Positions 50,401 to 59,627 of a stretch of DNA of 64,000 nucleotides are shown here, piece by piece; position 1 is the stretch's first letter, and every line of letters begins with the position of its first letter. The translations under genes were made by a program, and so were the position numbers. Under the pieces are notes generated by a model. That model had not been told where the DNA came from. It ran no database searches and was given only the letters and a program-made list of their open reading frames with translations. Source of the DNA: a virus (Duplodnaviria; Caudoviricetes); the IMG/VR virus record IMGVR_UViG_3300028591_000085, positions 1 to 64,000 of that record; one strand, given 5' to 3'.

Positions 50401-52716
50401 TCATTTGTTAAGTAATGTTTCTAAATTTTTTATACTGGGTTTTATCACAGTATCCATGATGGCAGATATATATTGTGATTTCCCTAATGCATTTATAACA
50501 CCAGTTGTTGAATTATTATCATCATTTACAATATATGAAAACTTAGTGTCAACTGCTTTCGATGATTTATATGTCGATTCCATATCATATTTAAGTTTAT
50601 ATAACTCATTTTTTTTCTTTTCAAATGGTTCTTTAGCTTTAGAATTTTTAAGTCTATCAAAGAGTTTGATAGATACTTTAAAATCTGTCATCATCATATT
50701 TTTATATAAATTAATATATCTTAAATCTTCAGATGATTTAAGTTTATTTATAGTATCATTTGAATGAGTAAAATAAAATTTTAAAACTTTATTAGAATTA
50801 GAAATTAACGAATCCATAGTTTTTATATATTCAGATAAAAAACCCGAAATTTCTGTTTCTGAATAACTATCATCATTTTTAAGATATACTGATGCATATG
50901 TATTAAGTTTATTTTTTTCTCCAATAACTGAACGAGAAACATTATATTTTTTCATCGCCTTAAAAATATTTATAGCAAGTTCTTTTTCATACTTAGAAGG
51001 CGCTTGATTAAAAAATCTTATTGCTGAAATGACATGAGCTTTATCAGTTAAAGGATATTTGCGTAATTCAGGAATTCCAAAATCTGAATCTTTTAATTTA
51101 TTTCTTTCTTTTGAGCTTAATGCAGCTTCCGTAACATCCACTTTATTTTCAATCTCCCTTCTAATTTCAGCTATTCTTTGAGGCATATATAAACCTGTAA
51201 AATCATCAGTATCATCATGTGATAATTTATTAGTATTGAAACTCTCGTCCCAATCCCAATCCCATTCGTATAACTCCGCAGATTTATCATTACCATAAGT
51301 AAATTTATGTCCATCTTTATTGGATGCTTTATTTACTTTAATTTTACCTATACATTTTATCTTTATAGGTTTTTTTACCCAAACCTCTTTAGTAATTTTA
51401 CAATCGGGAACTTCATCAGTATTAGGTTTGTATACATCAATGTTCTCTAATGGAGTATGAACATATAATTCTTTATCCTTAAGATTTTTAGATAATCCCA
51501 TTAAAGCTCCATCTATAGACATAGAGAAACAAACTCTTTTAGTAGAATTATCTTCAAACCCATTTTGTGTAAAATAGTTGCTTGGAATTTTAGGTTGTAA
51601 AGTTTCACCATTCATATTTTTATCAGATATAAAATAAACTTTAGCATCCCTTTGTGTAGATGATTCAGTTGTATAATCGTCTAAACAAGCATCTACAAAC
51701 TCTTGTAAACTCATACCTTCTTTAACTCCCTTAACGGATGAAAAATATAAAGTTGGATAAGTTTTCTTTTTATTCCATTTATCTTCAACAGCTTTTTTCA
51801 TACTGGATATAGAATTATATGGACCATGTATTCCTATATTAGAATCCCATGCAGACTCAAACCAATAGTAATTCTTCTTTCGTATAAAATATGTGAATGA
51901 ATGAGTTTCCCCACCCTGACCTGTTTTATCATTTACTTCAATAATAAACATACGACCTTTTTTCAGGTGAAGTTTATTAAATACATAAAATACAAAATTC
52001 GATTGGTCATGACACGAACCTTTCTTTTGTTCATATACTTCTTCCGGAGACATTAACTTATCAAAATTCGAATATTTAATATTGGATTTCATATATGATA
52101 ATAAATCTTCAGGAGTTTTAATATTATTGTGAATAAACTTATTAAGTCCATCTTTATATACAGACTCTGTTACAACCCCATCACCTGAATAATTTTTCAA
52201 ATACCATATTAATGCTTCTCTATGTTCATCTTTAAAAAATGATAGACATTGTTTTACTGGATAAAATTTACCACTCAATATAAAGGGATCTTTATCAGTA
52301 GCTTTTATTTTACCTTTATACATTGATTCATACTGAGCAACGTATATATCTGTTACAGCTCCATCCCACATATAATTATCTTCATTTTGTTCGTTTATAT
52401 GTTTTAACGAAATTCCTGTCGGTTCAATATGTGATATTACTATTCTAGCTTCTTCTCGGCATTCATTTTCAGCTTGAACTATATCGGGAATATCTTTTTC
52501 TTTAGATCCGCCTGGTAGAAAATATTCACCGTCAGGCTTTCTCTTAACAAATACATCTTTATTTCCTCTAATTATAATTGTTTCAACTCTATCACGATAC
52601 ACGTGATTATCAAAAGGAAAGACTTTCAATGCGTTCCATATATGATTTTTATCATAAAATCCACCATTAGTTTTAGCAAGCAGTCTTCCTCTTTCAAGGC
52701 TTTTCAATGTAATCAC
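50401..52716 (-). CDS. Multidomain protein: NUDIX + transglutaminase/papain-like + putative ART-fold + DUF6582-like
   Basis: LPGGSKEKD...ECREEARI; GSCHDQ...THSF...WFES; RVCFSMSIDG...VPD...EVW; LSSKERNKLKDSDFGIPELRKYPLTDKAHVISAIRFFN. True start may be TTG 52707. Confidence 0.75.
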   Translation of the reverse strand: MITLKSLERGRLLAKTNGGFYDKNHIWNALKVFPFDNHVYRDRVETIIIRGNKDVFVKRKPDGEYFLPGGSKEKDIPDIVQAENECREEARIVISHIEPTGISLKHINEQNEDNYMWDGAVTDIYVAQYESMYKGKIKATDKDPFILSGKFYPVKQCLSFFKDEHREALIWYLKNYSGDGVVTESVYKDGLNKFIHNNIKTPEDLLSYMKSNIKYSNFDKLMSPEEVYEQKKGSCHDQSNFVFYVFNKLHLKKGRMFIIEVNDKTGQGGETHSFTYFIRKKNYYWFESAWDSNIGIHGPYNSISSMKKAVEDKWNKKKTYPTLYFSSVKGVKEGMSLQEFVDACLDDYTTESSTQRDAKVYFISDKNMNGETLQPKIPSNYFTQNGFEDNSTKRVCFSMSIDGALMGLSKNLKDKELYVHTPLENIDVYKPNTDEVPDCKITKEVWVKKPIKIKCIGKIKVNKASNKDGHKFTYGNDKSAELYEWDWDWDESFNTNKLSHDDTDDFTGLYMPQRIAEIRREIENKVDVTEAALSSKERNKLKDSDFGIPELRKYPLTDKAHVISAIRFFNQAPSKYEKELAINIFKAMKKYNVSRSVIGEKNKLNTYASVYLKNDDSYSETEISGFLSEYIKTMDSLISNSNKVLKFYFTHSNDTINKLKSSEDLRYINLYKNMMMTDFKVSIKLFDRLKNSKAKEPFEKKKNELYKLKYDMESTYKSSKAVDTKFSYIVNDDNNSTTGVINALGKSQYISAIMDTVIKPSIKNLETLLNK

Positions 52717-52733
52717 CTTCTTTTAGAAAATCT

Positions 52734-52746
52734 TTATTTATTTGTC
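52734..52746 (-). promoter_or_regulatory. Late-type promoter GACA-N6-TAA
   Basis: GACAaataaaTAA. Confidence 0.5.
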
Positions 52747-52780
52747 ATCAGAAGAATTATTCAAGTATACAAAAACTATT

Positions 52781-52827
52781 AAAAAAATCAGCCTATAACT
52801 CATTACGAGCATAAGCTGATTTTTTTT
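52781..52827. terminator. Terminator
   Basis: aaaaaaatcagc...gctgattttttt. Confidence 0.75.
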
Positions 52828-52845
52828 AAATTATTACATATATTT

Positions 52846-53382
52846 TTATGCAAGAATATACGCAATTGGTCTATTATCAGTACTCATTAAGCAAACTCCA
52901 TGTCGGTCGATATCCGTTGCAAAATTAACAATAGCTTTACCTTCATCAGTAGTGATAAGATTTTCAAATTTCTTAAAAGACATTCTTATACCTTTTAAGG
53001 TGTTTCCCATCGCGTTACTTTTGGTGTACATAGAATTCACTATTATACCTCCAGTCTTTTCCATAATTGAAGACACATCCATCGCAGAGGGAATCGTTAT
53101 TATTACGGATTCACACCCCTTTAAACTCACAACATACTTTTTCTTACTAATGAGCTTAGTCTTATAATTCTGCTCATTGTAAGCCAACTTACAATACCTC
53201 ACGTTTTCACGTGTTGTAATTACATCTTCCAAGAAGATATACTTGTTAACAAGTACCTTATAGTTCTTAATCTTCTTCTTAACCTTGTACAAGGTCTTGA
53301 AGTTAGCCAAGCTCTTGGTCTTCTTGTTAACTACTTTCTTGGTGTTCTTTTCCTTTTCAGTTTTCTTTTTAGCTTTCGACAT
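52846..53382 (-). CDS. Basic hypothetical protein
   Basis: 178 aa, RBS AGGAGG. Confidence 0.8.
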   Translation of the reverse strand: MSKAKKKTEKEKNTKKVVNKKTKSLANFKTLYKVKKKIKNYKVLVNKYIFLEDVITTRENVRYCKLAYNEQNYKTKLISKKKYVVSLKGCESVIITIPSAMDVSSIMEKTGGIIVNSMYTKSNAMGNTLKGIRMSFKKFENLITTDEGKAIVNFATDIDRHGVCLMSTDNRPIAYILA

Positions 53383-53385
53383 TTT

Positions 53386-53862
53386 TTATTCCTCCTGATT
53401 TTTTATTTCATCCTTATTCAAATTATAGATATAAGGATAATAATCCATTTCAGACTTTTTCAAATCTTCATATGACATAACAAATGAAATATCATCTGCT
53501 AAGATTTTATCAAAAATCTTTATAGTTTTAATTATAGTCTTTAATTCTTTTTTACTAAAATCATAACTACCAAGAGATCTTTCTAAAATTTCTTTAACTA
53601 GACGATTCTCATATATAGATCCACCTGTAAGAATTTCTTGATATACATAATATCTATTCTGAACATACGTATCTGCATATCTTACAAGATATAAATCATC
53701 AAAGTTCTGAAGATTTCGACATTTCTTATTAGGCAACTTTAATAACGAGAGAGAGATATCTTTATAATTTTTCTCTATATTAGAAATGTAGCATTTCACT
53801 ACACGTTTCTCATCATGAAATGCTACAATTTCTTTCTTAATCATATCATATGCTGCCCACAT
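53386..53862 (-). CDS. Hypothetical protein, distant member of the LYAxTxxK paralog family
   Basis: IVAFHDEKRVVKCY resembles LYAFTNDKNLAKKF. Confidence 0.7.
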   Translation of the reverse strand: MWAAYDMIKKEIVAFHDEKRVVKCYISNIEKNYKDISLSLLKLPNKKCRNLQNFDDLYLVRYADTYVQNRYYVYQEILTGGSIYENRLVKEILERSLGSYDFSKKELKTIIKTIKIFDKILADDISFVMSYEDLKKSEMDYYPYIYNLNKDEIKNQEE

Positions 53863-54287
53863 TATTTTTTACCTATTTTAAGTGCAGCTTCGTATATAGA
53901 CTGGAACTTAGATAAAGTCTCAGGTTTAATATGAAGCTTTATCGGTTCAAATGAAAGAATCGATAAAATAAGTGATGCTATCAATCTCGCAATTATAACT
54001 ACGACTGGCACTAAATCTTTAAACGATCTTTCAATTCTATCCAAAAGATTATCTCCCTCTATTTTCTGGATTATCTGCTGTCTCGCTTCTAACCTTTCAG
54101 TTGAAGTTCCAAAATAATTAGGATCTTGCTTAATTTTCTTCCGTGCTTTCTTCCTAGCCTTTTCTTCAGCTAAATATAACTGAAGTTGCATATCTTGGAC
54201 CTCCTCCATTATGTTGTCATAAGTGTTGTTGAGAGTCTTGTCTATTTCACTTATAACACTCACTTGTTTCTTTTTTGATTTTGACAT
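53862..54287 (-). CDS. Coiled-coil protein with one hydrophobic segment
   Basis: 141 aa, RBS AAGGAGG, LVPVVVIIARLIASLILSIL. Confidence 0.8.
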   Translation of the reverse strand: MSKSKKKQVSVISEIDKTLNNTYDNIMEEVQDMQLQLYLAEEKARKKARKKIKQDPNYFGTSTERLEARQQIIQKIEGDNLLDRIERSFKDLVPVVVIIARLIASLILSILSFEPIKLHIKPETLSKFQSIYEAALKIGKK

Positions 54288-54317
54288 AAAGAATTCCTCC
54301 TTGTAATATTATATTAA

Positions 54318-54327
54318 AAATAATATA
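54318..54327 (-). promoter_or_regulatory. Early-type promoter TATATTATTT
   Basis: Exact motif ~30 nt upstream of 54287. Confidence 0.6.
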
Positions 54328-54402
54328 GCATAAAGCTAAAAAAATGATGTATAATCTAAGATAAAATTTGCTATTAAATAATAAAAAATAATTTAACAAC
54401 AT

Positions 54403-54585
54403 TTAACTAATGTAGGGGGGAAACGAAATAGAACAGAAAAGGGAGCTGGAGATAGAACAGAAATTGATGAAAAAAAAAATAAAAAGAATAAATAAAATAA
54501 ATATAATAAAAAACCAATTTAGATAATATAGAGAAAAAAAATCTATATTATCTAACATTTTATTAATTAAATAAGTATTATACAT
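54403..54585 (-). CDS. Possible small hydrophobic peptide (uncertain)
   Basis: RBS GAAAGGAG before ATG 54585, but the Phe/Ile-rich sequence may just reflect poly-T DNA. Confidence 0.3.
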   Translation of the reverse strand: MYNTYLINKMLDNIDFFSLYYLNWFFIIFILFILFIFFFINFCSISSSLFCSISFPPYIS

Positions 54586-54610
54586 TGTAAAGTCTCCTTT
54601 CAAAAGTAAG

Positions 54611-54654
54611 AAGAAAAGAAATAGAAGAATCAACTTCTATTTCTTTTCTTTTTT
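54611..54654. terminator. Terminator
   Basis: aagaaaagaaatagaag / cttctatttcttttctt. Confidence 0.8.
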
Positions 54655-54670
54655 ATTATTGTAATATTAA

Positions 54671-55882
54671 TTAATTTAAGTTATTAGTAGATGATAGCAT
54701 TTTATAAATCTTTTTAGATGAATTAATAATCTGATTAAGAATATTAAATATATTATTACTAATAAGATCTTTATTATTATCAATAGTATAAAAATATTTA
54801 AGTATTGTAGAAGTAATATCATCTAATGAAAGTTTCATATTAAATTTAAATGCTGAATTAAGCATAATATAATAAAACTTACGTAACGGTTCAGTTTTAC
54901 TACTAGCCATTTCATCTCTAATTTTAACAAACTCATTAATTTTAGTATTTAATCTAATTTTATATTGATTAAGATTTTCAGGAAGTAATAAAACAGCATC
55001 TTTAGATAATAATGTTTTAACATCCTGAAAATCTACAAAAAATCTAATAGGTAATGCCATAAACATCTCTAGGAACGTATAAAAATTACAATTGATTGTA
55101 AAATAAGCAAATGTATTTTTATATTGACAATCATGTGTAATATATTCATAATCAAATAATGAGTGACAACGGTTTATATCCGCTTTATTATCTTCCATTT
55201 TTTTGGTACAATCTATATTTGCATATGGAGTATGAATATCCATAAGAGTTACATTTTCAGATGTAGTTTTTACTTTAGAAAAATATTTACTATATATAAA
55301 TGAATCTGTTAATATATCTACTGAATTTACATATGATTGATAATATTTATAGAAATTAGTAACAAACTCACTTATTATTTCATTTTTAAGAATCTCTTCA
55401 TCAGGAATAGTTTCTGTAAAATCTGTATCTTCTTTAAATTTAAATACCTTTTTAAAAAAGATATCAGGTAAACTTCCAAAAACTGAAAAAAGATGAGTTC
55501 CTGATAAAACAACTTCAATATCTTCATATACATATTTAACTGGAAAGAAATAGTTATTAATATTAGGTATCTTAGTATTTTCATTAATTGAATTTACTAA
55601 TGAAGTCATATCTTCAGCTAAATTTATTTCTTTTTTTGAATCATTATTATATTCAAAATCACTATATTTATTTCGAATTATTAATTCAGAATTTGTAAAG
55701 AGTTTCATGATAAATGATTCAAATAAGTTTATGTGGTGTATACCAAAAGAAATTTGAACATGAGATAATATTTTATTTAAGTTATTTCCAGCATTATGTT
55801 GATAATTTTTACTTAATTTTCCAGATGCTATTAAATTATAAAGCATATCCATATTAACAAGAGTAACATAATCGACAACCAT
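54671..55882 (-). CDS. Hypothetical protein
   Basis: 403-aa ORF, RBS GAGGTG. Confidence 0.8.
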   Translation of the reverse strand: MVVDYVTLVNMDMLYNLIASGKLSKNYQHNAGNNLNKILSHVQISFGIHHINLFESFIMKLFTNSELIIRNKYSDFEYNNDSKKEINLAEDMTSLVNSINENTKIPNINNYFFPVKYVYEDIEVVLSGTHLFSVFGSLPDIFFKKVFKFKEDTDFTETIPDEEILKNEIISEFVTNFYKYYQSYVNSVDILTDSFIYSKYFSKVKTTSENVTLMDIHTPYANIDCTKKMEDNKADINRCHSLFDYEYITHDCQYKNTFAYFTINCNFYTFLEMFMALPIRFFVDFQDVKTLLSKDAVLLLPENLNQYKIRLNTKINEFVKIRDEMASSKTEPLRKFYYIMLNSAFKFNMKLSLDDITSTILKYFYTIDNNKDLISNNIFNILNQIINSSKKIYKMLSSTNNLN

Positions 55883-55901
55883 TTTTAATGCACCTCATTT
55901 T

Positions 55902-56060
55902 TTATTTTTCATCTGAATTGTTAATATAATCACATGACATCGTTCCATCCTCATATACTAAGTGAGGACATTTATTACATTTTTTAATGCTTTCATCACT
56001 TTCACCAAAGTATTCAGTAATATCTGAAATATTGGTATAGTTATTCAAGCAATCGTTCAC
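55902..56060 (-). CDS. Small Cys-containing protein (below the track cutoff)
   Basis: GTG start with RBS GAAAGGA; NDCLNN...KKCNKCPHL...MSCDY, 52 aa. Confidence 0.55.
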   Translation of the reverse strand: MNDCLNNYTNISDITEYFGESDESIKKCNKCPHLVYEDGTMSCDYINNSDEK

Positions 56061-56133
56061 ATTTATCATCCTTTCTTGTTATTAATATTTATTAGAACGT
56101 CCAGTTAAAAATTAATAGTTAGATAAAAAGTTA

Positions 56134-56143
56134 TATATTATTT
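56134..56143 (+). promoter_or_regulatory. Early-type promoter TATATTATTT
   Basis: Exact motif upstream of the 56172 operon. Confidence 0.6.
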
Positions 56144-56171
56144 TTATAAAAATAAGGGAGGTTCTTTTAGA

Positions 56172-56381
56172 TTGACTAAATTTGATAAAGATAAAAGAAA
56201 TGTTTTATATGCCATAAATACGATTCTTCATTATTCTAGTTATCTATGTTATTTACCTGAAGAAGAAAAATTAAAACGTATAAAACATCTCAAGAAAATT
56301 AAGAAACGTATTGAGAAAGAAAAATATGATGGTATTATGAGAAAGGAATGGTTAGATGACTACCAAAGATGGATTAAATAA
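56172..56381 (+). CDS. Small hypothetical protein
   Basis: TTG start, RBS AAGGGAGG. Confidence 0.7.
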   Translation: MTKFDKDKRNVLYAINTILHYSSYLCYLPEEEKLKRIKHLKKIKKRIEKEKYDGIMRKEWLDDYQRWIK

Positions 56382-56898
56382 AGTTTATATATTTTATTTA
56401 ATGAATGATGATAAGGAGCCAGAGGTATATGCATACACTGACGATAAATTATTAGCAACTGAATTTGAAAAATTTAGAGATGCTAGATTATTTAAGAAAG
56501 TTAAGACATACTTAACTCACAGTGAACTCATGAGCTTGTATAAAGATTATCCTAAAGGTGAATTAACAGTGTTTGATACTACTACACGAGATGTTAATAA
56601 TCCGTGTAAATCAGTAGAGGTGATGATAGTTGTAACTGAGCTTGAGAGAATGTCAATCATTAATAAATATGATGCGTTAATGTATTATGAGTTACCCGCG
56701 ATGGCATCAAAAGTAAGACCGGATATATTTAATGATGAAATAATGAAAGCTCTTAAAATTATTGATTATGATTATCATTATAATTTCTATAATGATCCTG
56801 AGGGAGTGGATCCAATGTATCAATACGATTACTCAATGGATGGGTTCGCTTTATTCTATGACATATATAAAAATTTTATTGTGAAAGGTTCTGAATGA
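56356..56898 (+). CDS. Paralog family member 1
   Basis: VYAYTDDKLLATEFEKFR...FNDEIMKALKIIDY. Confidence 0.8.
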   Translation: MTTKDGLNKVYIFYLMNDDKEPEVYAYTDDKLLATEFEKFRDARLFKKVKTYLTHSELMSLYKDYPKGELTVFDTTTRDVNNPCKSVEVMIVVTELERMSIINKYDALMYYELPAMASKVRPDIFNDEIMKALKIIDYDYHYNFYNDPEGVDPMYQYDYSMDGFALFYDIYKNFIVKGSE

Positions 56899-56901
56899 AT
56901 A

Positions 56902-57555
56902 ATGACTATTTATAAAGTATACATTTCAGTACCCGCTAAGATTGTAACATTTGATTTTAAAATGTTATTACCTGACGAGGGTTCGTATTTAGAATATGAT
57001 AAAAACACTGATAGGTTTTACGGGTTATATGGATGGACAAATGATAAGAAGATAATGTCAGATTTTAAAAATTGGCGATGTGAGTGTAAATATTATAGAT
57101 ATACTCGCGAAGAGGTAAGTTCGGATGATTATAAAATGTACAAAGAAAATTTTAAACTATGGAGAATTAAGTATCGTAAATTGATTGTAAATCAGGATTC
57201 AGAAAAGTATAAAATCGTTCCACTAACGTTGCATGAAAAATCTATAATGGATGACGATGCAACTATTTATACTTTCATACTTGATAGTGGTAAATACTTT
57301 GTAGTTGATTATTATCCATTGAATGATGAGATAACTGATGCTCTTGATATCTTAAATTATACTAGTGAATATGACGGATATTTAGGCGGAGATCCAAGTG
57401 CGTTTACTGATGGTGAACGTGAAGAACGTACTGAACTGGCTTTTTATAATCGTGGTTATAATCTTACAGTATTTAATAATAAATACTTTGATTTATTTGA
57501 AAATAAATTAGGTATATTTATGATAATTTATAAAGAACTACTTTATGGAGGTTAA
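56902..57555 (+). CDS. Paralog family member 2
   Basis: LYGWTNDKKIMSDFKNWR...LNDEITDALDILNY. Confidence 0.8.
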   Translation: MTIYKVYISVPAKIVTFDFKMLLPDEGSYLEYDKNTDRFYGLYGWTNDKKIMSDFKNWRCECKYYRYTREEVSSDDYKMYKENFKLWRIKYRKLIVNQDSEKYKIVPLTLHEKSIMDDDATIYTFILDSGKYFVVDYYPLNDEITDALDILNYTSEYDGYLGGDPSAFTDGEREERTELAFYNRGYNLTVFNNKYFDLFENKLGIFMIIYKELLYGG

Positions 57556-57556
57556 A

Positions 57557-58162
57557 ATGAAATTATATCGTATATTTATTCATGGAGTAAATGTTAATAA
57601 TAAAGATTATCCGGCTATATCAGACTTTAGTCCTAGAGATATAGGTGATGATAATATTTATTTATATGCATTTACTAACAAAAAGAAAATTGCAAAAAAA
57701 TTTATGGAATCTCGAATTCATGATTTGTTTTATGTTACAACATCAAATATATCTGATGATGATTATAATGATATCTGTGATAAATATGGAGATTATGAAT
57801 TATCCTACCATGAATACAAATATCAAACTTTTCAAGGAAATAAATCTGTAAGTAAAAACTTAAAGATTTTGTCAACTGAAAAGGAATTTGATTTAGTATT
57901 TTATGATGCACCTGTTATACTTTCCAAGATTGGTAGAAAATTAATAGATGTGATGGATAAAATTCAGTTTAATTTATTAAATGATACATTATATGACATA
58001 TTAACAAACACGATTCCGTCACGTGACATTATAGAATGGATGTATGAAATTGAAGATGCGCCATTCGGTGTATATGAAATAAATACAGTAAATTTATATT
58101 TTCACGAATTTGGAAATACGTATAATATTGAAAGGATATGTGACGCTTATGAAACTATTTAA
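57557..58162 (+). CDS. Paralog family member 3
   Basis: LYAFTNKKKIAKKFMESR...LNDTLYDIL; start 57557 by RBS GGAGG. Confidence 0.8.
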   Translation: MKLYRIFIHGVNVNNKDYPAISDFSPRDIGDDNIYLYAFTNKKKIAKKFMESRIHDLFYVTTSNISDDDYNDICDKYGDYELSYHEYKYQTFQGNKSVSKNLKILSTEKEFDLVFYDAPVILSKIGRKLIDVMDKIQFNLLNDTLYDILTNTIPSRDIIEWMYEIEDAPFGVYEINTVNLYFHEFGNTYNIERICDAYETI

Positions 58163-58730
58163 ATTTTATAAAATCCCATCAGAAGATGCGGATACAGATG
58201 AAATGCATATAACGGACAAGTACCCGTTATATGCATTTACAAACGATAAGAACCTTGCAAAAAAGTTTGAGAAAGAAAGAAGAAAAGATTTATTTATTAA
58301 GATAGTAGATAAAGGTCTTTCTCGTGAAGAGTACGCTCAGTTTGCCATTAATAATAGAGGGTCAGATCTTAAAATTCAAAAATTAGTTACTTCTAGTAAT
58401 AAGAATACTAATAAGCAAGTGATTAAGAAAATTCCAATATTGTTAACTCAAAATGAGTATGTTAGTTGTAATGAACCGATGCTATTAATTATGGATGAAT
58501 CATGGTGGATAGATGTTACTGAATGTGTATTAGCAAATCCGTATATATTTAATAATGAAATAAGAGAAGCATTGAGAATTTTACAATATAACGTGTCATT
58601 TAAAGTATATAATCAAGATATCAGACTCATGGATATTATAGATGAAGAAGATGACGATTATTCTGCTCCTGAAATTGAAATTGATGAAGTTGAAATTTTT
58701 ATAAAGTTATATGGAGATACATTCAAATAA
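58149..58730 (+). CDS. Paralog family member 4
   Basis: LYAFTNDKNLAKKFEKER...FNNEIREALRILQY; start 58149 by RBS. Confidence 0.8.
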   Translation: MKLFKFYKIPSEDADTDEMHITDKYPLYAFTNDKNLAKKFEKERRKDLFIKIVDKGLSREEYAQFAINNRGSDLKIQKLVTSSNKNTNKQVIKKIPILLTQNEYVSCNEPMLLIMDESWWIDVTECVLANPYIFNNEIREALRILQYNVSFKVYNQDIRLMDIIDEEDDDYSAPEIEIDEVEIFIKLYGDTFK

Positions 58731-58735
58731 AGGAG

Positions 58736-59413
58736 ATGGTTCAAATGAAGAAAAAATCTATATCAGACTATGTTAAAATTATGAATATTGATACTCCTGA
58801 AAATATGGAGTATCATGTTAATATTGAAACGGGGAAAGATAGACAAAAGTTTATTGAGCAAATTAAAAAAATCATCAGAGGTTCTACAGAATACAGGGAT
58901 TATATTCAATTTCTGAAAGAAAATATGGATTTAAATAAGTGCACATTCTTTCAGAATATAAATGGAGAAAAGACAACCCGTGGAAAAGTATCTATTGAAT
59001 TACATCATGAACCATTTACATTGCAAGACTATGTGGATGTGATAATTGAAAAGTATTTGGATAATGGAACAGAATTGAATGCTTTACTAATAGCCGATGA
59101 AGTACTCGAACTTCATTATGAAAATAAAGTTGGGCTAGTCCCTTTGTCTAAGACCATGCATGAAGTTGTTCATAATTCAAATAAAATTCTAATTCCATTG
59201 AATATGGTGTATGGTGAATATTCTAAATTTCTTGAAGAATATGAACCGTATATTTCGGATGAATTGTACGATAAGCTTCAGAAGAAAATAGATATGACTA
59301 AAAATCTTACTGCTGATTCATTTGATGCAATTCGTAAAGAATTCACATATATTGATGTTAAAGGATTTGATGATGTTACTAAACTTGAGAATGCCAATTC
59401 TCAAGCTGTATAA
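58736..59413 (+). CDS. HNH-like nuclease domain protein
   Basis: KC...IELHHEP...LVPLSKTMHEVVH. Confidence 0.6.
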   Translation: MVQMKKKSISDYVKIMNIDTPENMEYHVNIETGKDRQKFIEQIKKIIRGSTEYRDYIQFLKENMDLNKCTFFQNINGEKTTRGKVSIELHHEPFTLQDYVDVIIEKYLDNGTELNALLIADEVLELHYENKVGLVPLSKTMHEVVHNSNKILIPLNMVYGEYSKFLEEYEPYISDELYDKLQKKIDMTKNLTADSFDAIRKEFTYIDVKGFDDVTKLENANSQAV

Positions 59414-59456
59414 AAAAATGAAGATTAGTTCGTAATTGAACTAATCTTCATTTTTT
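59412..59456 (+). terminator. Terminator
   Basis: aaaaaatgaagattagttc / gaactaatcttcatttttt. Confidence 0.9.
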
Positions 59457-59571
59457 AAACGGACGTGATTCGTAAGCGTTATAAATTTCTCACTTATTTC
59501 TTTGTTATGATTTAAAAAATATAAATATTAAAACCTCATAATAACTTTCATAGAGATTTACTCATTATTTA

Positions 59572-59581
59572 TATATTATTT
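59572..59581 (+). promoter_or_regulatory. Early-type promoter TATATTATTT
   Basis: Exact motif upstream of 59628. Confidence 0.6.
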
Positions 59582-59627
59582 TTTGAAGTCATGTACTAAA
59601 ATTATTAAGTGAAAGGAGTAATTATAC

